Source: a bacterium (GTDB lineage Bacteria > SAR324 > NAC60-12). From it: DNA of 32,683 nt. The stretch covers positions 1 through 32,683 of the forward strand of contig CBDDTI010000389.1 in the NCBI GenBank assembly GCA_965233585.1, in the 5' to 3' direction. The translations under genes and the position numbers were made by a program. Positions 1 to 12,162 of the stretch are shown here, piece by piece; positions within the stretch are counted from its first letter, which is position 1, and the number at the start of each line of letters is the position of its first letter. A model generated the notes under the pieces. The model was not told the DNA's origin, searched no databases, and saw nothing but the letters and a program-made list of their open reading frames with translations.

Positions 1-38
1 CGATGTGCTAACAATATTTCCTGAGAAGAGGGTTGGCA

Positions 39-172
39 CCCTATGTGAAGCGGGGTTGGTGCCCCATCTAATGCTATGAATGAATGATGTACTAATGCTA
101 ATCCCTGCGTAGATGGTTGGAGCCCTATGTGAAGCGGGGTGGTGCCCCTTGTGGTGCTATGCATGAGTGATG
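39..172. repeat. Degenerate tandem repeat (period ~84 bp) upstream of the tyrosine recombinase
   Basis: ccctatgtgaagcggggt(t)ggtgcccc...tgctatg.atga.tgatg at 39 and again at 123. Confidence 0.75.
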
Positions 173-200
173 ATCTGACGATAATCCGAAAATAGGGTTA

Positions 201-1334
201 GTGCAGATGCAAGGTGGAGTTGGTACCCCTTGTAAATGTGCTGCCGCTTGTCGTGGAGTTTTGACCCGGTCAACGGTGGAATACCTGGTTCCTAAAGACC
301 TGCCTCTTGTTCTTTCTTTTTGCTCCATGGTCTCAGGTGGGGGTGCATTCTGGTCAGCATTGTCCACCATCGACCATCCACACCTCAAAGATCTTGCCGA
401 TCAACTGCGTCGCACAGTGGTCTTCGATAGGGCCCCATCTACCATCAAGGCATATCTCATCGCATTCCGCCGCTGGAGCAAGTGGGCTTCAGCGTTCCAC
501 CTGCCCAGTTTCCCAGCTCGGCCACAGGACCTAGCGCTCTACCTACTTCACCTGGCGCAGACTTCCGCATCACACTCGTCCACCTCACAGGCTTCCGCGG
601 CCCTGCACTGGCTCCACCAGAAAGCCGACACTCCTGACCCCACCCGCCATCCGGTCGTCACACAACTTCGCTTGGCATTGGTGAGACTCTACAGCCGCCC
701 AGTTCAACGTCGTAATCCCCTCACACCAGTTCAATTTCGGCAAATTATTACGTGCCTTGCCTCATCCGACGCATCCCTGGAAGACCTACAAACAGCGGCC
801 ATGTTCGTGATGGGCTTCTGTGGCTTCATGAGATGGGACGACATGAGCGGCCTGCGTAGCCAGGATTTTTCATTCAGCGAATCGCACGTCACCGTCCAGT
901 TCCTGAAACGGAAGAACTTCCAGCTCCGAGATTGCGATCAACTGGTGATTGCCCGCTCTCCAGAAGACGGCGACCTCTGTCCTGTCCGGGTTCTCGAGCG
1001 GTTCCTGGTCGCTGGCAAGCATGCCCCAGCGGACCCCATTCTCCGGCGAGTGACCACCTGTCGTCGGAAGCAAGACAACCTGCGTGGCGCCATATCCTAC
1101 CGCCGGGCCAGGAAATTGGTGTCTCAGACCCTGTCTCGGGTTGGCACTTCTCCAGAGGGATTTGGCACGCACAGCCTTCGCGCAGGTGGCGCCACCGCTG
1201 CAGCGCGCGCTCACGTCCCTGACCGCCTTATCCAACGCCACGGAGGATGGTTATGCCCCGAGTCTAAGGATAAGTATATTAATGATTCACTGAACGATGC
1301 TCTGTCCGTTTCTCGTGCGGTTCTGCGTTCCTAA
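201..1334 (+). CDS. Tyrosine recombinase of a DIRS-order (DIRS1/PAT/Ngaro-like) retrotransposon; real start probably ATG 327 or a splice acceptor at 336
   Basis: N-terminal core-binding helices (RAPSTIKAYLIAFRRW), GFCGFMRWDD (R), KRKN (K), CPV, HSLRAGGAT (HxxR), HGGW, KDKYI (Y); AATAAA at 1372-1377. Confidence 0.9.
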   Translation: MQMQGGVGTPCKCAAACRGVLTRSTVEYLVPKDLPLVLSFCSMVSGGGAFWSALSTIDHPHLKDLADQLRRTVVFDRAPSTIKAYLIAFRRWSKWASAFHLPSFPARPQDLALYLLHLAQTSASHSSTSQASAALHWLHQKADTPDPTRHPVVTQLRLALVRLYSRPVQRRNPLTPVQFRQIITCLASSDASLEDLQTAAMFVMGFCGFMRWDDMSGLRSQDFSFSESHVTVQFLKRKNFQLRDCDQLVIARSPEDGDLCPVRVLERFLVAGKHAPADPILRRVTTCRRKQDNLRGAISYRRARKLVSQTLSRVGTSPEGFGTHSLRAGGATAAARAHVPDRLIQRHGGWLCPESKDKYINDSLNDALSVSRAVLRS

Positions 1335-2334
1335 CTATGCTCTTCCGGTCGTGGTGTTTGGGCGTTGCCGCAATAAAGAACCACACTCCTCCGGTATTCT
1401 CCTGTGTCGTGTGGTTGTTGTCGGGTACGAAAAGAAACCCATTCCTCCCGACGTCCTCAACTGGTGCGGACGTCTCTTTCTTTTTCCACGAGGATTCATG
1501 CTGGTCTGCGTCCAAAACACTCTTCGCAAAATGCCCCAAATGACGATGGGAGCCATGAAAGACTGCTGCTCCAAGCCTCAGGTCGGACAAACAGTGCGAC
1601 GGCCGTCGATGAAAGTCTCGATGAGTCTGTTCGACGAGCATCACACGGCGTCGAGCTCATTGTGGAATGGGAGAGTGGGACTTGTATTTTTTCGTGCCTG
1701 GTGCTGCCTTCCCACTGATAACATCAGAAAGTCAGCAGATACTCCTCTGGCTTTGGAGAAGCAAGCAATTGTTCCCATGTTGCAGTGCAGCTGTTGGTTG
1801 TGAGCCTTGTGTGGAGCTACACTACCTGTCAGTGAATGATGCAACGGTCAGGCTGAGTGAACAAAGGCCTTTGCACATGGACCTTGGAGGCAGCCAGATG
1901 TGGCCGCTGAACGCTGTTTTGAGCAAGAGAAAGCAAAAGCGCACGCCACGAGTTAGCACAGACTTGATAAGCCGTGTTGACAGGGACCACCACAACAGCA
2001 GTGACTGAGCACTGATCTGGATGATAATGCCTTCAGCAAGACCTTCCTGATGGCATTGTTGTCTGCTCGCATATTTCCGAGTCCGGGCTACCTACAATTT
2101 GTTTGATAACGGATGAGGAAGCAGTATAGTGGTCCGTTCCAAGCAAAACTGACTTGGATGACCCCTGCTTTGCAGTTGCTGGAACTTTTGATGTCAACTT
2201 TGAAGAATGCCTGCCTCTGAAACATGCAAAACACACCCAATCTGTCCTCGCTGAACCACAATGTTCCCTCCCCCTGGCCAGCAAGCTTATCAGGCAGCAA
2301 CATGCACATTTGCACTTCCTTTCAAGTTTCCATT

Positions 2335-2381
<47 letters not shown>

Positions 2382-2615
2382 TTCGGTACAATGCAGTTTT
2401 ATCGCACGCCGAAGAATGTCCCGCCTAAAAAAAGAAACTTCGAATTCCCAACCTGAACTATGTCACAACTGGCACAAGCGAAGAACATTTTTTTTTTTTG
2501 TGAGAGTATTACCAATAATTATTACAATCTGAAATGTTCCTGTTTAGAGCGTGGTACGAATGCAACCTGAAGAACACCTAGTCTGGCTCCTGAAAATGAT
2601 TTTTTCTTTAGTCTC

Positions 2616-2800
2616 TTATCTTTCTGCAGGCCACAGATGAACTTTGTAAAAATGAATTTACGTAATTTTTATTGTAAGAAAAACATCCTTTACCTCTGTC
2701 AACAATTATCTTTCTGCAGTCCACAGATGAACTTTGTAAAAATTAATTTGCGTAATTTTTACTGTATAGAAAAACATCCTTTACCTCTGTCAACAATTAT
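2616..2800. repeat. Two-copy direct tandem repeat, period ~90 bp
   Basis: ttatctttctgcag.ccacagatgaactttgtaaaaat...catcctttacctctgtcaacaa at 2616 and 2706. Confidence 0.9.
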
Positions 2801-3729
2801 TTACAAAGGAGCCTTCTGAACTTGTTTTCTTTTACTTCCTTGTGCTTCTCTTATGTAGTGGTGAACACACTGTTCACGACCAATTCTTTTTCTGTCGTTT
2901 GCACTGCTCAATTGTTAATTTTTTGTTCCAACGTAACAGACGCAGGAATAATTGTTTCTCTACTCTGAGTTTCACGGCTCAGGGCCGATCATCAGGCGTT
3001 TTTTCCTGCGTCTGTTACGTTGTAACTCGCTCTAATTCACCTCCGGGTAGGTACTGAGCACCGTTCCCCGCGTTCATTCATTGAAAGTCATTAATTTTTT
3101 TGTTCCTTTTTTTTCAGTCTTGTGCTTCGCATTTTTCTTTTGTGTACAATTTTCACAAGCAGGGTCAGTGGTGTATGTCTGGGTGCATGTAAGTGACGAG
3201 TGTAGAACTTTGAACATTATCTGCATATATGTAGTGCGGTCAGGCAAAGCTGACGCTGTCAATGACTGCCAATTTCGTAGGAGAGAGTCAGCTGGAGAAA
3301 TGGTGACAAAGTTCACTGCAAGTCTCATGGCAGAGATAAGAATTTCTTTCCTTGACAGGCTTCTTTTCGGGGCACGAGCTTTCTGTGCCAGGGAAGTTTT
3401 CGTGGTTGCTTTCCATGCAAACATCGACGGACCACGTCCTTGTGCAGACACACCACTCGACGAGATCCTCCGCGTCGGCTATTACTGAGTTCTGCTCTCG
3501 GACTGTCGGAAATGGTCCTAGCACACCCATACGATGCTGGTGATTGCATTTCATAAAAAAAGAAAAGTAAGAAAAGAAAGAAAAGACAACCCGAGTTGCA
3601 AGCTACGAAAGTGACGTTCGTCGGTCGAAAGTGCAAGGACAAAGTTCGCAGTCCGGGGTGGCCATCCAATCCATGGATCCCAGGATTGCCGGGCGCCATT
3701 TTGAACCGGTATAGTTGCGCCGGTGTAAC

Positions 3730-3888
3730 CGCGTAGAAGTAATCCCCGCGTGGAAGTAATCCAGCTTACTTCCAAGCGCGCGTGGTTGTAATCCCCGAAG
3801 ACCTTCGTTTTGAGGGTCACCGCGTACAAGTAATCCCAGCGTAGAAGTAATCTTGTAGCGACGTACGCGCGCGTATTGATTTCTACGC
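3730..3888. repeat. Cluster of GCGTRGAAGTAATC motifs in both orientations, resembling DNA-transposon subterminal repeats
   Basis: Direct copies near 3731, 3748, 3780, 3822, 3839; inverted partial copies near 3766 and 3878. Confidence 0.65.
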
Positions 3889-4193
3889 CGTTCATTTTTC
3901 TTTTCTTTTCTCGTCTTTTTCTTTTAGACTTGAAAACAAGTTTTATTGAACACAATGCATAGCGCACATTATAACTAACAAAACAAACGAGAATGGAAAC
4001 AAAAGAAAATAGAAATTTACATGAAAAAGCACATCATCAAGCAAAAAAATGCATGTAGTCTGAAAGTTGAGTAGATGTGTTGTTTTTAGAATATTGACAA
4101 AACAATCAAACAGATAAAAAAAACAGGGGGGGGGGAGACACGTTCACTGAAACAAATAAACAAAGAAGGGACATGTCAGGAGCAAGTAACCAT

Positions 4194-5315
4194 TCAATTG
4201 AGTCGTCCTTCTGAAGCAACCAAGGACAAGCTATCCTGGCTCAAACAAGTAGTGTTGAGGCTTCTGTTGGAGCGGCTACCTCGCAAGCAGAGCAGTGACG
4301 AACGTAAGAGGGAGAAAGAGAGGCGACAGCGAAGAAAGTTCATTACTACAGAGTAGGGTTCATTCTTCTTGTCGCTGATCTGACTCGCCAGGCGCTTGAG
4401 GAAGGTTGCTGCCTCGGGTGCAGCCCCACCATTTGTCGTGAAAACAAGCGGGGTGAACGAACCTCTCTCCACCTCTCGTACACAAAATCCGTATTCCCTC
4501 CTCTTCTGATTCTGGTGTTGGCGGTAAAGCGAGGTTAGACTGGAACGCTGATAGGTAGGCGCAAAAGGGTGAAACACCCGGACGTCAAAAAAGGCGTCTT
4601 GTCCATCATTGTTCCAGAATCCCCTCGCTTTCACATCGAGGCGAGCTTCATCTTCCTTGTTTGCGGATGAGGGAAGAGCTTCACCACTCAGAGGCTGGAG
4701 GCGAGGTTCTAGAGAGACATCTGTACACACCTCAATGAGGGCACTTGCAACCAGGTTGCGAACCTCGTTGTGCCGAAGAGTGGGGTAGCCTCCTTTCCGG
4801 CAAATCATGGCATGGTCGGCGGAGAAGGGAGCGTTGCAAACGCACTTCTCGGGGACACGTAGTACAGGCCAACCATATCGGAGTGCGATGGCATCACGAA
4901 ACTCTCCTTTATGCAAGGCAAAGCCGTGCCTCTCAAGTGGAACTGCTGTTAGCCACGCTGACGTGCCCTTTTCCTGCGCAGCTGTTGCACAGCGTTGAAG
5001 AGAAGGTGGGAGAGTGGATGTTGTGAGCAGTGCTTCCGCTTGAAGAGATGCGGCTCTTTTCTTCTCCAGTTTCTGCTTGATTCCCACCTGTTCACTCAGA
5101 GCAGCGAGCACATCTCCTCCTTGGTCTATGATGAGCTTCACAAGTGGAGAGCAAATCTCACGCGAACCGCGGAACTGCTTCTCTGGAAGGTCCGTCGGGT
5201 CGATCGCTCCGATTCCTCCAAGGCGAGCAGGGAGAAGCAGCAGCTTGCGTAAATCATCTCCAGGTGATGGTTGCCCAGTCAAGGCAGGAAGAAGACGTTG
5301 CCGGATTGCAGTTTC
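4194..5315 (-). pseudogene. C-terminal part of CRE-like retrotransposon ORF: RT thumb, CCHC zinc knuckle, restriction-like endonuclease (RT core missing)
   Basis: ETAIRQRLLPALTGQ...LLLPARLGGIG; SAWLTAVP; CVCNAPFSADHAMICRKGG; RHNEVR; EPRLQPLSGE; ARLDVKARGFW; FFDVRV; ERGSFTPLVF; LLCLRGSR. Confidence 0.85.
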
Positions 5316-5491
5316 CGTGCGAGCTGGGGTTGACTGCTTCCCTTCCCGAGCCCAAGAGGTCGATCAATTGCGGGTTGGTTCACACAACGGTCTGCACGAC
5401 ATGGATAGCAATTCGTGCAATCGGTCCCACGTTTCACACAAAAGCATGACAAACAACGTCCCGTGCTTTTACACGGGCAGCACGGAGCCAT
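5279..5491 (-). pseudogene. Cys-rich N-terminus of the same retrotransposon ORF, truncated and out of frame with the C-terminal part
   Basis: MAPCCPCKSTGRCLSCFCVKRGTDCTNCYPCRADRCVN (CXC-like Cys spacing), same strand and directly upstream. Confidence 0.6.
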
Positions 5492-6342
5492 TATTTGTAG
5501 ATTTCACGCTGTGAAGACGCGGAGATAATGCATTTTATTGGTCCAAGAACGGCAAGAAGTACGGAGTCTTTTTCTTGTCTTTTTCTTGTATTTTTTTTCT
5601 TGTAGCCAGGTACGCGCGCGTAATTACGACTCGGCTCAGCTGTCTCGAGAGGACAGTTTGAAAGCAGTGGCTCGTCTTTGCTCATTGCTCATTGAAGTTT
5701 CCGATGTCCTTGTCATGTGAACTGACTACTATACGTAACAATTAAGGGGGGACAACCCCTCATTTAGTCAAAAAAATGAAATTTGGAATTTTCAACTTTT
5801 CCTTTTGGGGGCTGTTGACAAACACCCAAACTGCGTAAAAATGAAATTTGAGGGTGATCTGACCAGTATTATGGTCACTAGAGACTTTTTTAGGACAGCA
5901 ACTACCACTCGTTTTGCCCTCACTCGGCAAGGAAATGGCTGTGGTGTGGATGGCAATCATGATGTGGGTGACAGAGGCTAGGGGGTAGTGAACAAAAAAA
6001 AAAGGGGGGACGCAACGCCGATTCACTCCGTACTGCCAGGTCTGCCTCAGCAGAAATGGCGCCCAAATTTGCCGCGCCTATCCCCACACCGTCGCGCCAA
6101 AATTTCGAAGCTTCGCGCCAAACTCGAAGCTTGGCGCCAACTGAGGTTGTCAGCAGTAGTGTTAGTAAAGAATGATCTGGCTCACTCCTTATATGGTGAT
6201 ACTATATGTCCATATATGGTAATGTGTAGTACGGGGTACGAATACGATATTTTGATACGGGTACGATATGTGTAGTACGATATTTTTGTATACGAGTACG
6301 ATATTATACGATAAAACCCTAACCGTAACCCTATTTTAAACC

Positions 6343-6511
6343 AATCACCATGGTAACCCTAACCTTAGCCTTGCTTCACCGACAATTGCTCGACATTCCT
6401 CGAAATCACCATGGTAACCTTAGCCTTGCTTCACTGACAATTGCTCGACATTCCTCGAAATCACCATGGTAACCCTAACCTTAGCCTTGCTTCACCGACA
6501 ACTCCTCGACA
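6343..6511. repeat. Three-copy 55-61 bp tandem repeat containing TAACCC-like hexamers in the left terminal region
   Basis: aatcaccatggtaacc(ctaacc)ttagccttgcttcac.gacaa at 6343, 6404, 6459. Confidence 0.9.
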
Positions 6512-6739
6512 GTCCGATCTAACCTCACCTAACTTTAACCCTAACCCCAGCGCACACTGGCCTCCTAAAACAGTGGTGACGTAAACGTGATACGAACATG
6601 TGACCGTGTCCTCCAAGGTCCGCCTCGAGAATGAGGTCTCTGGATCCACCCTTTCGATCCGACTCAACGTGCATAAAAACCGACGCTTGTCTCTCTCTCG
6701 CACTCACTTTCACCTTGGTAGCATCGTCGAAGCAGAAGA

Positions 6740-7615
6740 ATGAACATGTCACCAGCAGAGTTCGAAGAAGCATCTCCATCCAAGAGGTTTTTGAAGAGAC
6801 CTCAACGGCAGGACGACGAGGAGGTGAAAACTCCGACCAAAAAGAGACGTGTTCCTTTCGTCAAGGCGGTGGAGAAGGACTTTCAGATTCTCATCGAACA
6901 TCTCGCTCGAAAGAGGGAAGAGGAGCGGAAGAAGGAGAACTACGAGCGTGAGGAGGAGCAGTGTGTGCACGAGGGGATCGAGACGGACGAAGCCTTTGTT
7001 TGTCAACATTGCGGGTTAGTTCTTGGAAGCTTGTATGGTCCTGATGTTCATTGGTTTGACCATGCTGTTATGCCTCGTGTTTACAGCGCCAGAGATCAAT
7101 TGAACGCTGTCGACAAAGCACTGTACAAGTTCATCGACCGCATCTGTCTGCAAACGGATCTTCCAATGTACACGGTCCAAGAACGTCTTCGAGCAATGAA
7201 GATCGACGCTGGCTACAAGAGCTTGAACTACGCCATTGCCCTCAGCTGCGTACTGGAGGGAGACCATGCGGCACAAGAAGAGATTCGGCCATTCCTTCCA
7301 AAGTCGAACAATGCGTGGGCTCGATCGATGCGTTTAATGTCTCCACTGCCGGTCATTTTCTTGAAGAATTGGTTGAACAACCTGATGAGAACGTCCTCGA
7401 CTTACGTCCCACCGTCGTCTTCGCGAGATCTGTCCAAACAGCAAGAGGAACGGTTTCGAGAAAATGTCCAACGGCTCGACGAGCTTGAACGTCAAGTGAT
7501 GTACGACCTCGCTGCAACGTACGACTGCGAGCTGGACGCCGAAGACTTCCTCCGTCTGCCCACCCAACTGAAGATTGCATTGTACAAATACACGATGGCA
7601 GTTCGTTTCAAATAA
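6740..7615 (+). CDS. Polinton protein with NLS-like motif and TFIIB/VLTF3-like zinc ribbon; putative transcription factor
   Basis: 291 aa; PTKKRRV; CVH...FVCQHCGLVLG; stop overlaps AATAAA (7611-7616). Confidence 0.6.
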   Translation: MNMSPAEFEEASPSKRFLKRPQRQDDEEVKTPTKKRRVPFVKAVEKDFQILIEHLARKREEERKKENYEREEEQCVHEGIETDEAFVCQHCGLVLGSLYGPDVHWFDHAVMPRVYSARDQLNAVDKALYKFIDRICLQTDLPMYTVQERLRAMKIDAGYKSLNYAIALSCVLEGDHAAQEEIRPFLPKSNNAWARSMRLMSPLPVIFLKNWLNNLMRTSSTYVPPSSSRDLSKQQEERFRENVQRLDELERQVMYDLAATYDCELDAEDFLRLPTQLKIALYKYTMAVRFK

Positions 7616-7625
7616 ACTGTTTTAT

Positions 7626-8771
7626 TCAAATTCGATAATGTGTCATGAGTTGTGCATGTATGCGTTTGATGAGCTCGGGGGATAAGCTTTTTGAGAAATG
7701 TAGTTGACAATAGAGTTTCTGAGTGGTTGCGTTAAAGAATCTTGATCCGCCGATGTAATAGTTTGCCGTGTCGATACCATGGGCTCGAGTGAAAGGTTTG
7801 TCGTTACCCGTGTGTGTAAAAATCAATATCGAGTTGAGATAGACGAAGAAATCTCCTTGCGCATCACGCGAATAGCTGAGAACGCATTTTTTTCCAACAA
7901 TGTCTTGAATTTTCGTAGCGGTCTCTCCCAGTGCAGTGGAAAGTTTACCAGCAATCGTGCTATTTTCCACCGTAATCACTTCTCTGAGAGACGTGAACGG
8001 TTGAGCTTCTAAACCATCTGGCGATGGTGTGATTCGAAGAGTCAACCCGTCACGACCAAAGTCTCCAGGAGTATCGATGTTTACGGGAGTAAACCACACG
8101 TTCGTGGTTGGAGTTGCATTCACCTCAAACACTTGAAAAACTGCAAACGCTTTGTTGAGTTGCGAAAGAGAGGTGAAGGTGTCTCTAACGACGATGGTTT
8201 TTCCTGGACCAAGAGATGCATAATAGCGATCGTTGTCCTCGTCTCTGGAAATGTCGAGGTATGAGGTCGTCAAACGTTTACCAGAAAAGTCGAAGACGGC
8301 TCTGCCTCTGAAGGTGTTTCGATCGGTTTTCTCTATCAATTCAAATCTACTCGGGTGAATGTATACGTAGTACTGAGCGTATCGTACAATGTCGGTAATC
8401 ATGTAAAAAGGATCGAACGATTCACCACGCACTCCTTGTGGGCCTCGTGGACCTGTCTCTCCGCGTAGCGTTCCGAATTCAAACCACCCTTTGTTCGTCT
8501 TTTTGTATATTTTCATAGAGGACGAATCGACGTAAAAGTCACCGAGCTTTCCTTCGTCCACCAGCGGAGGTCGTCTTTCGCTGAGCCATCCGAAACGAGC
8601 GAGAGCTCTGTCTCTTTTCAAACTTTTCAAATCGTGAAGAACCGTATTTTCCGTATCACCATTCCCCAAAACGACCCTGACGCCTGCGACGGCTTCGTTG
8701 ATCTTGTCGATGGTCTGCGACAAATCATTGTCGGCATCGCTTTTGTGAAATTGTGTCGCCCAAAAGGTCAT
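7626..8771 (-). CDS. Putative virion fibre/attachment protein: phage tail-fibre-like motif, short collagen repeat, LamG/ConA-like C-terminal domain
   Basis: GKLGDFYVDSSSMKIYKKTNKGW-GTLRG, GETGPRGPQGVRGE, C-terminal FFVYLNS...IGGS...FSKSLSPELIKRIHAQLMTHYRI; ATG at 8771 preferred over GTG 8804; minus-strand AATAAA at 7621-7626. Confidence 0.65.
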   Translation of the reverse strand: MTFWATQFHKSDADNDLSQTIDKINEAVAGVRVVLGNGDTENTVLHDLKSLKRDRALARFGWLSERRPPLVDEGKLGDFYVDSSSMKIYKKTNKGWFEFGTLRGETGPRGPQGVRGESFDPFYMITDIVRYAQYYVYIHPSRFELIEKTDRNTFRGRAVFDFSGKRLTTSYLDISRDEDNDRYYASLGPGKTIVVRDTFTSLSQLNKAFAVFQVFEVNATPTTNVWFTPVNIDTPGDFGRDGLTLRITPSPDGLEAQPFTSLREVITVENSTIAGKLSTALGETATKIQDIVGKKCVLSYSRDAQGDFFVYLNSILIFTHTGNDKPFTRAHGIDTANYYIGGSRFFNATTQKLYCQLHFSKSLSPELIKRIHAQLMTHYRI

Positions 8772-8813
8772 GGTTACACTTGTAGGTAAATTTTTTTTCT
8801 CCACATAGTAAGA

Positions 8814-9548
8814 ATGGCTAAAGTCCTGACCGTGGTTAACAACAGCGCGGCCGTGAGCCGCGGTCTGTTTTCGTCTCGCTTCACGATGAGTCTGAAGGGT
8901 CTTGATACTCGAGCTAAAACACTCAACCTCGAGTCGGCTCAGTTTGAACTACACTTTGAGAATGTGGACAGCACGAGCAATAAATTGTACGTCTTGACGA
9001 CGGTCGACGGTAAAGCTCGACAAGAAGAGATGAGTCTTTTGACGGGTACCTACAGTGACATTGAAGATCTGATCACCGTGATCAACGAAACTTTAAAATT
9101 AGCTCAACATGCAGACATTGTATTCACGTACTCGCGACGTACGAGTCGAGTTAGCATTTCTGTAGCGCGTGGGAAAGAGGTCGTATTGAAAAAGGATTCA
9201 CCGGGACTTGTGTTGGGGATTGGAGAAATCGGAACGGAGAAGAAAATTACCGGTACTTACTCATGTCCATACGCGGTCGATCTCTCGAAAGGTAGACGGT
9301 TCGTTTTGCTTTACACTGACTTGATCGGTCCTTCGGTCGAATATGAAGAAAACGAAGACTCGCGCGTGTTGAAGGCTTTTCTCATTCAAACACTTAACGG
9401 AATCAACAATTACGTGTTCAGCAAAGACGACAAACGCCTGATGCTGCCCCACGAAAACGTGTCACAGATAACCTTTTGGTTAAAATTCAACACGGGTGAA
9501 TTAATCACATCCGGGTATCCGATCAATCTGGATCTGCGAATCGAATAA
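8814..9548 (+). CDS. Minor capsid protein (penton, single jelly roll)
   Basis: 244 aa; GTYSDIEDLITVIN, GLVLGI, VDL...LLYTDLI, ITFWLKFNTGELI follow the Polinton penton pattern; directly upstream of MCP. Confidence 0.8.
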   Translation: MAKVLTVVNNSAAVSRGLFSSRFTMSLKGLDTRAKTLNLESAQFELHFENVDSTSNKLYVLTTVDGKARQEEMSLLTGTYSDIEDLITVINETLKLAQHADIVFTYSRRTSRVSISVARGKEVVLKKDSPGLVLGIGEIGTEKKITGTYSCPYAVDLSKGRRFVLLYTDLIGPSVEYEENEDSRVLKAFLIQTLNGINNYVFSKDDKRLMLPHENVSQITFWLKFNTGELITSGYPINLDLRIE

Positions 9549-9570
9549 AAAAAATCTCTCTATAGTAACA

Positions 9571-12129
<2,559 letters not shown>

Positions 12130-12162
12130 CGAAAATTCCGCTATATAGTAAAAACAGCAAGC

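Larger units (their letters stand above)
3895..5520 (-). mobile_element. Internally deleted CRE-like (RLE-type) non-LTR retrotransposon; 5' boundary uncertain
   Basis: Cys-rich N-terminal ORF abuts thumb/CCHC/RLE ORF; minus-strand AATAAA at 3942-3947 and A-rich tail at 3895-3925. Confidence 0.75.

Noticed and set aside
201..1334. Tyrosine recombinase as part of the Polinton-like virus
   Set aside because: Lies ~5 kb outside the AGTAGT terminus, is more GC-rich, looks DIRS-type, and the virus has its own DDE integrase
1685..1880. Degenerate RING-like remnant (FSCLV...FPCCSAAVGCEPCV)
   Set aside because: Needs frameshifts and lacks the full ligand set; cannot be supported without a search
3160..3400. 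Possible decayed LINE C-terminus on the minus strand (AMRLAV...NWQSL...IMFKVLH)
   Set aside because: Similarity too weak and fragmentary
5742..6150. TTAA-GG start suggesting a Kolobok-like transposon end, and cgcgccaaa repeats
   Set aside because: No matching opposite terminus found in the window
6343..6511. CRISPR-like array (also 13607-13693 and 2616-2800)
   Set aside because: Units are contiguous with no unique spacers, no cas genes, eukaryotic context
6311..6550. True telomere or chromosome end
   Set aside because: Hexamers are few, degenerate and interspersed within the element's terminal region
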